A stretch of DNA of 60,249 nucleotides, counting the filler, from Porpidia crustulata (lineage: Eukaryota), in NCBI GenBank assembly GCA_964255105.1. It is 4 parts of 4 records of this genome, joined end to end, with 100 filler letters (N's around TTAATTAATTAA, not from the genome) between each part and the next. Parts side by side here need not be neighbours in the genome. Positions count along the whole stretch, not along the records: positions 30,207 to 45,182 come from CAXUWE010000345.1; positions 45,283 to 60,249 come from CAXUWE010000346.1; 2 more parts are not named here. The stretch is one strand, 5' to 3'. The stretch's first letter is position 1; each line of letters starts with the position of its first letter. The notes beneath the pieces were generated by a model, which did not search any database, was not told the DNA's origin, and worked only from the letters and a program-made list of their open reading frames with translations. The translations under genes and the position numbers were made by a program. Below are positions 36,207 to 48,700 of this stretch, one piece after another.

Positions 36207-37912
36207 GGTCGCTTTGGTGGGATAAAACCACAGCGACTGTCAAGGGCGTGGAGACCGGTCCTGGATTACGGCAGTCCTTGATAACGAGGAGTTCTGTTCT
36301 TGAGGACTTGCGTGATATCTCAGAGTGTTCGAGACTTGGACGGTCAAAGGAGACCGAGTCAGGGAATTCATCTTGCTTTTATTAATACCTTGTCGCACAT
36401 ATGTCATGGTATGGCAACCTCGCTCGTCAAATTATAAGTCTGCAAGCTGAATTAAACCCTCATGTTCCACCTCTGTAGTATCGCATAAGGTACATCGTGC
36501 GGCACATGCAACCATTCTACAGCAGGCTGATCTTGAACCTACAGGAAATCGGCAATTGAACGATATTTTCTAAAATTGACGGCCTGAGTGGTCACGTCCG
36601 TCGCTTGAAATTACCTCGACTTTTGCAGTCCTGGCGTAGGATGTTTTAGGTTCGGCATTACGGATTCTTTGGCTTATTTGCTTTACTTGCTTTTGGTCCC
36701 GCCGCGCCCCAGAGCGCAATCGGTCCAGCACCGCGGCGGAGCAGATGGCTTGCAGTAGATCGATGAGCTTAGCGATAGGTGAGCCGTCGAGCCGGCTTCG
36801 TGACTCGTGGATCATCAAAAACCCCAACGGTTTCCGTCAACTTTTATTTCCCAGCGCGTGTTCGAGCCACTATCAGCGATTTCTGCGACCAAAGTCCTAG
36901 TAGCGATATAAAGAAGTCACTATCAGGGGTGACAGACTGAACAGGGTTGAGCAACATGGAGTGTAATTAGCAAAGTCGTTGCATCGCTTACATTGGGCTC
37001 TCCTGATTGATACGTGCAATGACTTTTGGCCCACCCTCTGAGAAATAAGAAAAAACCACTACACCATTGAACCAGCGCCAATAAGAATCGCACCTATTAT
37101 GATTAAATACTAAACAACACACGACTCTGTACCCACAGTTGAGATGTCACAACCCAGCTCATTATGGTGTGGGACAGTGGATAAAGTACGAGATAGCAGA
37201 AGGTTCTGGGGAAATTTACTCTTCCTGTCAAGTAATTGGCGTCGTAGCGAATAAAATCAGGAGGATATGAAAACGTCGCTACTCAAACCCTCACATTTAA
37301 TCCTCGCCTCCTCTAGATGTAAGATGCTGATAATATTTTCATCAATATTCTTGATCGATGACAACGATGAGTAAAGAAATCAATTCGCGGACCTAAATTC
37401 TAGCCAGGAAGTCGATGTTTGGATGACATGCTTGGATGTCGTATTCTCCGTGTAGCAGCTGAAGGCTAGTAGAGTTTGAAGAGTCCACGTTGTTGTCTTG
37501 TGGCTTGTAGATCTCAAGTCCGTGCTCGCAGTCCCTAATTTCTCACTCACGCCAAGCAACGGCGGAGGCATGGCCCGCCCCTTCTTAAGACTCCGATAGT
37601 AGTGAGGGATCTTGGAGCACGCTTAACGCACTGTCCATACCTCACCAATCATTGATGAGGTACATAGTTGACGGAGATTATATTACGGTCTCGCTATGTG
37701 ATCGCAAATGTATACCCAGTTCCCTCACACATACATATTTCTATACTGAAGCAATGGGTTGGAATCCAGACTAATGGAATAACGTATATCACTAGATTAC
37801 GTTCCATTTGTGGCGAACTCTATCGCATCATATACTTCGACACTTTTGCCGTTTATGTCTCCATTCAACTCTGCCACCAACAATATAAAATTGATTGGCC
37901 CGGTAACTCTCC

Positions 37913-39690
37913 CTACGGATGCCCCACCGGATCCAACTCATGCGGCTCTCCGTACCCCAACTCCGGCTTTGGCTGCTCCAACTCCGGTTTTGGCTGCTCC
38001 AACTCCGCCCTTGCGTTTTCATCTTTCTCCTCCCAGGATGGCCTCTGAGGTAGCTCAGCTGCCAATCGCGCTCTTCGTCGTCGACGTCGTAATAGCCAGA
38101 GCATAACTGTTACGACTAGAGCGATACCTAGGAGTCCACCAATTACGCCGCCTGCGATGGCACCAGCGTGGTTGGTGTGAGGACTACTTGAGGATGAGGT
38201 GGTCGATGGAGGTGATGAGGTACTGTTGCTGGCCGTTGAGTTGGAGGATTTGGATGCAGGGAAATGCGTCACTTTCATAAGCTGAGCTACGCCTGCGACG
38301 AGATTTCCACCGTACGACCCTTGCGCGTAAAACTGCCGAATGACTTTATTGGGCTCATAAACCGTTCCTCCTCCGGTTGTATACTTTGCCGGAAAATCCA
38401 GCGTCTGTAAATCGAAGATAGCGAGCCCTTGCGCAAACGGATCGGGACTTGTGAATGTGCTTCGGACAACATCGTTGAAACTCCCGGTCGTCTGATTGGG
38501 GTTCGAGTCAATGCCACCAACGATCGCAATCAGGCTGCCCCCCACAGATTCGCACGTATGGCCACTGCGTGGGCTGTGTGGGTTGTACGCTACGCTGAAC
38601 CAGTTGAAGGCTGGAAGGCTGAGGATGTTGACTGTATCGAACGGCACTGATGCGGTGCCTAGATTCCCATTGTCGCCGGCGTATACAAAGATCTCGTATG
38701 TGCTATTTGTTGAAGGTGCACCTGCAGCGCAAAAGTTCACACGGGAAGCAGGCTTGCTGCCTGTCGTCGTTTGATTGAACCATGATCCGCTCGCTGGGTC
38801 ATAGACTTGGACGTAGCCAAAGTCGATAAAGCCATTGGTATCTGCGCCGCCCATAACCACGAAGACACCGCCGGGGCCAAATGATGGAACATATTGCATG
38901 GCGCCTTCGTAGCCAGGATTGCCGCTGGGGCTTGTAGCACCGGTTTTGGCGCTGAAGTTGGTGAAGACTTGAGCTGACATGTCAAATTTTATCATTCCAG
39001 ATATGATGTCTTTGCCATATAAGAGTAAGTCGGTGCCTCCTAAGATATATGCGCTGCCATTGCCATAGGCTTGATAGCCACGATTTGTACGTTTAAAAAC
39101 GTTCCAGATTGAGGCGTTGGAAAAGATGGTCTGGTTCCAGGTGCCGCTTCCGAAATTGTCGGGTTTGAATGTCCATACCGACTCGTCAGGTGGTTGAGGG
39201 TCGCTATTGATGTCGAATGAAGACGAGGTTCCGGTGTAGCCCGTATAGAGAAGTTCTGTCGACTCATCGTACCAGAGGGATCCGTGGTTGAGACTGGGCA
39301 CTCCATTCGGTTTTGTCGTAGAGTGGATGGCAACTGTAGCATTGGTCCAATTTTGTGAAAGGTCTATAGAAAGAATTGTATTCGCTGTGGATTGCAACTG
39401 AGCTTCTACTTTTATTGAATATCGGAGTCGGTCATTGCTTACAGTATTCAAATTGCGGAGAACCACCATTCAGGAACGAAAATTGGCCCCCATCGATGTA
39501 GAGCCAATTATTAGCGACAGTAGCTGCAAAGTTCTCAGCTGTGGTATATTCAAAGTACCCAGGGAGTTTGCGTACATGAGTGATAGGCTCGTCGTAGGAA
39601 ATCTGACGTTGCTATTACCGCTGGTGCTTGACGAGGTAGTAAGTCTGTTGAAGGAAGGGCTAGGCTCGAGACGAATCTCTCGAACAACAT
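37913..39690 (-). CDS. Kelch-repeat single-pass membrane protein
   Basis: Exons FLRRAYHS / TVANNWLYIDGG / NTILSIDLSQNWTN. Kelch-like blades (YILGG, VVMGG, QVYDP..WFNQTTTG, ILSLPAFNWF, PRSGHTC), Ser/Thr stalk, GAIAGGVIGG transmembrane helix, poly-Arg stop-transfer and ELEQPKP repeats. Start is 39690, or 39747 if the TAG at 39694-39696 is a lesion. Confidence 0.88.
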
Positions 39691-41818
39691 ATTCTACGCC
39701 GCGTCCAACGTTGCATAATAGAACTGCGCGCTCGCTGAAAAACGCATAGAGACTTGTGGTGACAATGTCTACGTAGGAGAATGAGAGCAAGTTGAAAGTG
39801 AGAGATTAGGATCCCGCATCTTTGGAATCATATTAACTGTCAGGAGGATGGAGACTATGCATGGAAGAGAATCCTGATCGTCTATCCGTGGCTGTTAAGC
39901 ACCAATCAAAGCTCAAGTATGCGGTTGGGATTGGAGTTAAACAGAGAAGACAATTTATAGCCGCCACAGACTATGCTAACCCGTTAGTGATCGAGCTATC
40001 GTCCTTCCCGTCCTCCAGCGTCCCGACTACCGAGCACTGACATTAAACAACTATCTGCTGATGAGGATGATGAAATGCAGTGTAGAAAGACCAGTTCGTC
40101 TGTAACAGAGCTCGTAGCTGATGCCAGAATCTAGTAGTTCTATGACATTTATAAGAAATGTTTGCGTATCTGTCAAGATGATGAACATAATGAAATTTCG
40201 AAACTTGCAGACATAGGCAGTATACGGTCACATGCGATGTTCAAGTCTTCAGAGCACGCATCATTCGACCGACTGGAAACTGGTCTAGGAAGTTGTCAGA
40301 AAAGAAACTGCTGAGCAGGACCAGATAGCTCCTTAACTACCCGACCTCAGGCCTCACTTGACCCACGTTCGATGCCGCTTTCCAAAGTCCTAGGAGACGT
40401 ATGCTGGTGACCAGTTTGGTCATCCCCTGGACTTGGACTACTCACTAGATAGGGTTTCACCTCCAAGTACCTTCGGACCTTGAGAACGGTCACAACAATG
40501 ACTTGATCTAAATTTGAATATGGGACTCCATTGCAAGAGCTTACCGATGATGGAGAGCAAATACTGCGAAGAGAAAAATTGCCGAAGGTAGCCGTCGCAT
40601 GTGGCACCAGCCAGAATTGATGACCAGGGTTGATCTGATTTCGGGAGCATACTCAATACCTAGATAACGTCTGAATAAGTAACAACCATTAAATGATCTT
40701 CGACACATTGGGGACCACAGGCTAGAGTACAGTCAGTCTCTAGAAAGGATGAAACTAAGTCAAGCTAGAATCAATTCACTCAGTCATCCAAGAAACCATC
40801 GCGTCAGCCACTCAGCAAACAAATGAGTCGCATATGAATTTTCAAGTCGCCGTCGTCAATAACGTCTTCATCCCCTATTCTAAGCCTCATCCAGTTCACA
40901 ATGGACCTATGGTTGATATTTAATGCTAAGCAGATTAACGAGCACGTTTACTGTATATTCATGATAATGAAGAGGTGGACAGCACTATTGATATTAATCA
41001 CTTGAGTTGGAAGCAAGGAGCAGCTACTGGTGCGTATGCTTAAAGTAGAGGATTTTTCTATTCTTCGATTGACCTCGTTGCTGCTCTCAATTTGGCGAGT
41101 AACAAGGAATAAGAGACATTTCCTATTTATCTTCCTGCTCAGGCCAGCAGATATGGCATCTCGCCGGCTTTGTGTGCAAAATATAATTCTGATAAGAAAA
41201 ATCCGAGCGTACATCTAATACATCAGTATGAAAGCAAGAAGACTGATCTTACTACAATAGAGTCAGCTGCAGTAGAGCCGGCCTTCATACCTTCTTCGAA
41301 GACTCCGACCGTGAAGCTTCAGAAGGAGGCGGCTTAAGGAGACACTTTACAAGGTTCTCAGAGACAGAGATCAAAGATTCTGATGGAGGAGTGTATGTAC
41401 CGTGATCCTAGGTGTAGTAACAAGGGTAATCAGCGTTTAATAGACAAGGCGGTAATCATGTGTCTCTTAATAAAGTATAGACGAGTTACTAATCTCATCT
41501 TATTGAGTAAAATCGATACCAGTGCTACTCTTACTGCCCCTTTAAAGATCAATATCGCTGCCGCCCGAACTTGTATCTGCAGAGTCAAGTAAGCGGTGAA
41601 GCTGCATACTTATATGTCTATGTTCATGACATAGACTTGCTTCATCACTTTCGGTTACGCAACCTTTGCTTAGAAATTAAGAACCTAACGCAGAAGGTGA
41701 CACAAAGTATTTGCAGACTTCCATGTCATAGGCTCGCTTCGGCAATCGAAACTGTTGTTCAAGGTTGATCTCTCGTCTCTCCCAATTCAAGGTTAAACTT
41801 TTAGACTTCAGCTCCAGT

Positions 41819-42526
41819 ATGAAGAAACCAATGATATCCGACGCCATTATACCGAGTGATGATTTCTTTAACGAGATCGGCGTTGAGTATGAAGAAGCAT
41901 TCGGACATGATGCTGGACTTCGCCAGATTGTTCAGAGGTTTCTCGAAATGCTTCCAGCGAACACTTACGTGCTTGATTGTGGATGTGGCACTGGAAAGCC
42001 TGTCGCCGGCCTGATTGTTGAAAGTGGACGTCGAGTACATGGCATAGATCTGTCGCAGAATATGGTCAACCTCAGCCGGAAGCAAGTCCCAGGCGGTTCC
42101 TTCGAGAGGACTAATATGTTGGACTATTCTCCAACTGAAGACTTTCATGGCATCATCGCTATGCTCTCTCTGTTTGAGCTCACGCGGGAGGAAGTCACCA
42201 CAATGGCCGCTAAATGGTTTCAATGGCTTTGTCCTAATGGAATGCTACTCATTGGTGTTTTTGGTGCCGAAGACTGCGAGACAACCCCAGAGATGTATGA
42301 CAGAGATGGTTAATGTGCAAGCGGAATTCCTTTTACTTTTATGAACCATTAGGTGGCAATGACTCTGTTTACGAAGATGGGTTGGAACAATTTGCTAGAA
42401 AGGGCTGGATTCGAAGTGGTTTACACAGAGACAGATGTGTTTTCACCTCCACCAGTGGCGGTCTCTGACGATGAGCCGCACTACTTCGTTATCGGACGTA
42501 AACCGCCCACTGTTCAAGAGAAATGA
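41819..42526 (+). pseudogene. Class I SAM-dependent methyltransferase with two in-frame nonsense codons
   Basis: Motif I VLDCGCGTG and GIDLS. The frame continues protein-like past TAA 42311-42313 and TAG 42350-42352 (FMNH*VAMTLFTKMGWNNLLERAGFEVV..EPHYFVIGRK) to TGA 42524-42526. Confidence 0.85.
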
Positions 42527-42781
42527 GGGATAGAAACCTTAGCCAGCCTCACCTGCTGTTCTCTCTAGCATACATGCATGATATGAGTTCACGCCTCCTG
42601 ATACAAATTGTGGGCTCAAGCAGTTAAGACTCAAGCGTTGCGATTTATGTTCCTCGAGCTTTTAAACTGCTCCATTGTTATTTGCTGTAATACAGCCCAT
42701 AAACTTCTATAAAATTCTCTCGTCCCTCGAATCACGACGGAGAAGCTTCATGTGGTAATTTGCTATCCTAGTCTACCTTTG

Positions 42782-43950
42782 TCAAGCTGATTTGCTCTCA
42801 AATTGAACTACAAGCCTGTTTCTTGGTTTTCTTGTAACTCGTTCTCTATATCTACCGAATCCTTCATTCTCGATAATCTTCATGATGAAATTTGTGTAGA
42901 TCGAAGCGACTGCGTAATGTATCACTATGCGACTCACGATGAATCGCTTTTTCATTTCTTGAGAGACTTATTAGGTAAAAGCAAACAAAAAGAGAATATC
43001 ACGAAGCTTACTTTCCATCGTTCACTTATTCCCAAGATACATCCTATTTCCACAGCCGAACGTCCAGAACCATTTCTCCTGTTGCACTCGATCTGACTTA
43101 TTGCCAACCCATCGCCCTGGCCACCATTCCTCCGGATCTGGAAAACCGGCTTCGTTACGGTGGAGACACCAAGCAAAGCTGCTGATACGCACTCCTTCAG
43201 GAATGTTCTCGTAGTTTCCTAGTGTCATTTTCTTTTGTTGCGGTGTAACCCTAGAATTCGGTATGGGAAGCGTGTCACGTAACTGAAGAGACTCCTTGAT
43301 AATCGCATTCAAGAGAGGGAGCGCTTCGAGGTGTTTAGGGAATGGTGACTCTGAAGTATTACAAAGGGGAATAACGAGAGATTTCGTGAATAACATGAAC
43401 TTCTTGCGCAATGGGCATACACAGGACCATGTGACTTCTCAATTGCAAACCCCTCTGATCACTCCTGCAGCTGTACAATGTACAAGGGGGAGAAGAAAAC
43501 ATTGTGCGGAATGTAGATGATCGAACCGTTAATGAACGCGATCACCTGCTACCATCTCTATCTAGACAAGTTCTTCGCTCAATTCGAAATTGAAGACCAT
43601 GAAGACATCGCTACGGAGGAACTAGTGCTCATCGAGAACCAACCGCTCAGCCGATCAGGTCGGCATGTAGGTCAAAATAACCACAAGTCGATGCATATAG
43701 GTAAGCCGTCAAAGCTAGCAATGGTAACCCTTCCAAGTGAACGGCTGAGAATGGTACCAGTCATGGCCTTCTCGACCCATAGGACGGCAGATATCTAGTA
43801 ACTACAGACGCCACGTACGTTCTGGGAGGCGGAGAAGACAAACTGGGGAGCATGGAAGCCGACATATGAAAAGCCGATGCAGGATCTCAAAGACTGCAAG
43901 GGCATGGGACCTTTTGTAACCACCGGAAGATGCATAAGTCCTACTCATGA
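42782..43950 (-). pseudogene. Cytochrome P450 pseudogene
   Basis: LPLLNAIIKESLQL (ExxR changed to ExxQ), FPDPEEWWPGRW (PERW-like), heme motif FGCGNRMYLG with the axial Cys replaced by Tyr (43037-43039), and a last exon ASIYTNF..LVVQFE. The upstream part is fragmented and the 5' limit is approximate. Confidence 0.85.
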
Positions 43951-44340
43951 TTTTTAGACCCGAACCAAGATGCTTTCTTTGTATGAGAGTAATTGAATTT
44001 CGTTTTCCTCTACAACCAATAATCGTGAAATTGTAGCCATAACGTATACTTGAATTCTAACTTTGCCGAATTTAAGCACACTAAACCTAGCCCTCTAAAC
44101 TATAGCGAGCAAGGCAATTTCTTTGCTGCGATATTGGATTCACTAAATGGCGGAGAGCCTTGATGAGGTTGACAGAGACCAAGAGAAATTGCAGGCACTG
44201 AGAACGCAGACGGAAGAGGATCAGGACTGGCGGTCGGCGACGGTGTTGAAAGAAGGATAAAAGATGCAGAGTATCAGGAACTGCAAGGCAGGAAGGGTGG
44301 TGGCAAATTGATGCTTAGTGAATTTCTCCAGAGCTTAATC

Positions 44341-45182
44341 TTAACGTTTTTTACGAGTCTTTCGCACATTCGATTCATGATGAACTTCCCTCGACCCTTG
44401 GACGGGATCAGCAGCTCGTGTCCGTGTCCGGTGAGTCCTTCTACGATCACGTACATTAGAGTCATTAATATCTTCTTTCGACTTAAGTAGATGCAATGTG
44501 TCATTTGATGATTGCGGTGGAGTTATCAAAGCATGGGGCGAAGTGTATCCATGGTCCGTAGTGGAAATCTGCATGAAGGGATTATCCTGATTGTTTGCTG
44601 GGAAACTCGCGTACGGCGGAGAGTACACACTGTCTGCAGCAGGAATTTGCACAAAGGACTCGGGATCATTTTCTTGGCAACTGGCGGAAGGCTGAGCGGA
44701 AATACTGTGCGTACGGGGAATTTCTACAAAGGATCCATCCTGATTGTTTGCCGAGAAACTCGTCGAGTTCTCCGTGAGTAATTGACCAGTTGGGTCTTCT
44801 TCGTTGTAACCGTTGCAATCTGCAAAGTCGGCGGTCTCGGCTGGTATACTTGCAGAGGCGGGAGGTGGAACCAATTCATAACTGTCTTCACAGTCTTCGT
44901 CTTCGTCGAACCGCTGATTCTCTGACCACTTCTTGTTTAGCTCGTCCCTCAACTTCTCTGACGTTTCTTTGACATCATCCTGTAGATTCCTTAACCGTCG
45001 TCGGCTTTTCTTGGAATCCTCGTAGCTTGATATAAGAAAGGAGCTAGAGGTAGAACACTGATGGTATTTGACTTGACCTTGGGTGTCGGATGAATAGTGC
45101 GCAAAGATGTTGAGGATAGTATCGTCGATAACGTAGGAGTATTCCCGGGCCCGTGCACGTTCCGGTCCCGTGCACACCCCAC
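44341..45182 (-). CDS. 3' part of a hypothetical protein of an expanded fungal family, with three ~26-aa internal repeats
   Basis: 278-aa frame open to the gap. LNIFAHY..KYHQ..SYE..RRLRNLQD..LRDEL..KW resembles the C-terminus of a common multi-copy fungal family (recalled, not searched). Repeats FSANNQDGSFVEI / SCQENDPESFVQI / FPANNQDNPFMQI. Confidence 0.6.
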
Positions 45183-45282
45183 NNNNNNNNNNNNNNNNNN
45201 NNNNNNNNNNNNNNNNNNNNNNNNNNTTAATTAATTAANNNNNNNNNNNNNNNNNNNNNNNNNNNNNNNNNNNNNNNNNNNN
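45183..45282. other. Artificial contig linker N44-TTAATTAATTAA-N44
   Basis: Same 100-bp spacer as at 15012. Confidence 0.98.
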
Positions 45283-45343
45283 AATCCACAACATGCATGA
45301 TTGCAAAATCGACCGACCATCTTAAACAGTTCCTAGGTGAGAT

Positions 45344-45350
45344 AAAAAAA
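45344..45350 (-). terminator. RNA polymerase III oligo-T terminator of tRNA-Val
   Basis: T7 run on the minus strand 8 nt downstream of the tRNA 3' end. Confidence 0.8.
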
Positions 45351-45358
45351 CCTTAAAC

Positions 45359-45447
45359 TGAACGATGCAAGGCTCGAACTTGCGACCTTCTCCGGTATTT
45401 TACTTGGGGGTGTAAAGGAGACATAATAACCACTATACTAATCGTCC
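45359..45447 (-). tRNA. tRNA-Val (anticodon TAC) with a 16-nt intron
   Basis: Acceptor stem GGACGAT/ATCGTTC plus discriminator A. D-loop AGTGGTT. Anticodon stem TCTCC/GGAGA with TT-TAC-A followed by the intron at the canonical 37/38 site. T-arm GCAAG-TTCGAGC-CTTGC. 89 nt minus 16 nt gives 73 nt. Confidence 0.95.
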
Positions 45448-45763
45448 GTTACCAGTCAAAGTACGGGCTATTAAAACTAATAGTTCCATAGTACTGGGAC
45501 GGTTCCTATGTGGCAATTACGGGGAATTCAGACGTCCAGATGGAGTAATGTATCTACACTACAGGGTATTCTATCCGGTGTGGCAATACCATCAAACGCG
45601 CGAGCTGAAAGCATGTCACGAAGATTTGGTAATGGGCTTGATCGTAAAAAGTGAAAATTATGTACTGCAGACTAGCCCAAAATACCATGGTCATCCAAGC
45701 CCGAAACCTGTGAAAGACAAAAACAAACCACGCCCCAAGCACCACCATGTCCACCAACATGCA

Positions 45764-48700
45764 TCAACGGCTCTTGAAATTCGTCTTCGCCTGCTTTTGG
45801 GCGGCAGTGGATTCCTTCTCCGACACCGCGGCGTAACTGTTTCCGTTGCCTGGACAAACCGCTCCGTAGGCCTTTGCAAACTTCTTGAAGGGGGAGTCTG
45901 TGTCTTTCCAGAAGTCGCTCTTCTTGGCCTTCGCAGTTTTAGGAACTGCGGTGGCGGTACCTTGGGGACGTATGGTCGGGGGCAATGGAGTCTTTGCATG
46001 GGAAGGCCGGGTTGGTTCTGCCGATTTCGATGGTGTGCCTGGACCGGAAGGTCTCTGTGTGTGGCGCGGCTGGATCTTAGTCGAGGTTCTGGACAGGAGA
46101 GGTGATACAGTGGCGATTTCCTTCAGTTGTGCGACTAACGACCCGGGTCTTTCTGTCGGAGTCAATGATGGAGCTTTTAGAGTCGGACGAAGCGATGGAG
46201 AGGATCTGTGAGACGAGACGGCGTTTCCAGTGATAATGTTACGCCGTTTAGGCGAGGACCGCTCGTCGTCCCTCTCAAAGTTAACCCATGGCAGAGGACG
46301 CGATCGTTTTTGACTTGATCGCGTGGTCTCATGGATTTCAGTTGAGGAAACTGAGGTCTCGCTATCGTTGGTGAGATCGATAGTTGCTGGCGAAAAATCC
46401 GGTCTAGGACTGCTTACAGCGAGCGACGCAGGTTTCATCGGGCTTTTGGGCCCTGGCTTTGGAGTGACATCTCGGCAAACCGACTTTGCAGGGCTTTGGG
46501 TTTGCTGTTGCGGCGGCGACGTAGTCTGTCTCTGATCACTGATCCCCAGTATTTCCTGAAGATTCTTTGGTGTAATGATATGTTTTGTGAACTCTGGCTC
46601 TTCGATTTCGTTGCGGTAAAAACGTTCATACGGTAGTGGATCTTCTGCTTTTAATGCGCACCGTTGGAGGTAAAGCGGATACTCTACGGCATGCCTGATA
46701 ATAAAATCATCCCATAGCGAACGATGCTCCATACGATCCTGTTGGATGAGGGCACCGATCTTCTTGCAGATGGCGACAAAGCGCTCTTCGTTTCCGACAT
46801 AACCAGGATAAGAGATCTTGAATTGCTCAAAAATGGTGGCAGGTTCCAAGGGAAGAGACTGCAGTTGAGATTTCTCTGATACAAAGCTCTCTTGTACCTC
46901 TATAGCGATCTGTGGATTTGCATCTACCATGACTACATCCGGGTTTCCCTGGGTATCAAAGCTCTTTGCTATTACTGGGGCTTCTGCTATTTTTTTGTTG
47001 GACGCACTTGCGTAGGAATTAAAATTGAGTTGTTGTTCTGATAGTAGAGATTCATTCGCCGGATCTTCTAGAACTTGACCGGCTTGCGCCTCCATGGATG
47101 CAGCTGCTTCGTCAGTATGAGATCTTTTAGGATGCTGGGAATCTGATAAACCAGAGCCAAGCCCGATTCCTTCTTGTAGATCGTTCGCACGGGGTGCTGG
47201 GCTTGTAATTTCGTTGGTCTTAGACACTTGACTATCCTCGGAGATTGTTGGAACAGACTCGTTAGCTGTACTGAAATCTTGGTCTTTGGATACTTCTGAA
47301 GGGCGAGTAGTCGCGTCATCAGTATTGTCTCTGTTTTGATGGATTCCTTCAATGGTACCCCAGACATTTCTGTCTTGAGCGTGCAACGAGGGAGTTTCAG
47401 GTTTTACCGGAACGTCCTGACTCTCTACCGAAATCACGACATCGTCGTCATTCTCAGCGAAAGTAAACTGAATATTGGGTTCTTTTACGGGCGATGGATT
47501 TCCCAGAGGACTCAGATTTGAGGAAACGTCGGTGTCGGTTAATATTCCACTAAGGTCTGGCTTTGACGATGGGTCCCCATCTTGAATGAACGCCGCCTGT
47601 TGATTGTGCAAGACGACAGAATCTGAGCCGTTCTGTCTTGGAGAATTGACCGCTTTTCGACCAATATCACTCTGCTCTGACGTCGAACTTTTTCTGGAGG
47701 CCAGGAATTCTTGACGGTACGCTCGGGCCAAAATCGAAGGATCTTCCGCGACTCGAATGTCTTGACTGAATCCAAATGATTTAGGTGCTCTCATGCGCTT
47801 GCGACGTTTGTTAACATTTGGAGAGAGAAGCGGAGTCTCGAACGACGTCTGTTTGATTTCAAAGGCACTTCTGGATTCAGGGCTTGACATATTGTCGTTG
47901 AAAGGGAAAGAATCCGACGATGCAGATTCCGAGATCGATCGTATTACAACGTTATCGATGCCAGAAATCTTTCGCTTCTTGTGAGGACTCTCAACGTTAT
48001 CGCTCTTCTGAGGTTGAACATCAACTTCCGCTTTAATTTGGGTAGCTGCCATTGTTTCATTAAGATTGCCAACTACGACATTCATAAAGCGAACTTCATT
48101 TGCTTTCACTGAATCGTCATGAGAAATCGATCCTTCCGTGCCAGAAACTTCTGAAATAGATGGTTGTGGGGGTGCCTCATGCTCCAGCTTCGTGCCTGAA
48201 GCTGTGGATGGAGAAGCAATTATCACTTGTGAAGGAAGAACGGGTGGTGCAGTATGCGAATTCACTAAACCAGCAAGCTGTTCATTAACGTAAGGAGTCT
48301 GCTTGACTTGCGTGAATGGTTCTTCAGATTGCGTAGCCGCGGATGGAAAGCGCTGCGGTGAGACTTTATTCATACGTATGTCCTTTGATTCAATCAATGC
48401 TTGAGGAATTGTAGTCTCCAGGTCTGTGTCCACGCTTGAAGTGTCTGATCTGACACTTTTGGGCCGTTTCTCATTGACGTGAGGCACGGCTTCGTCATGA
48501 CGAGAAGGCACCAGACGGGGAATGCTAGTATTTGATACATTTCGCTCTGTGGACGTTGATACTGGATTACTTCCTACAGCCTCGCTCACTCCCGCATTTT
48601 GAGCGATCGGTATGTAGGGCGATACGTACGTAGCACATGGTAAAGCTGACCATGACTCGCCGGGTCTACACACGACTGAAGTTGGACCACTGCCATTTGT

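Noticed and set aside
40055..40320. Box C-like ATGATGA and CTGA motifs suggesting a C/D snoRNA
   Set aside because: No convincing terminal stem or recognisable rRNA-complementary guide; the motifs are short enough to occur by chance.
42309..42352. Possible GT..AG intron removing both methyltransferase stops
   Set aside because: 44 nt with a poor donor (GTTAAT) and no branch site; splicing shifts out of the frame encoding the conserved-looking C-terminus.
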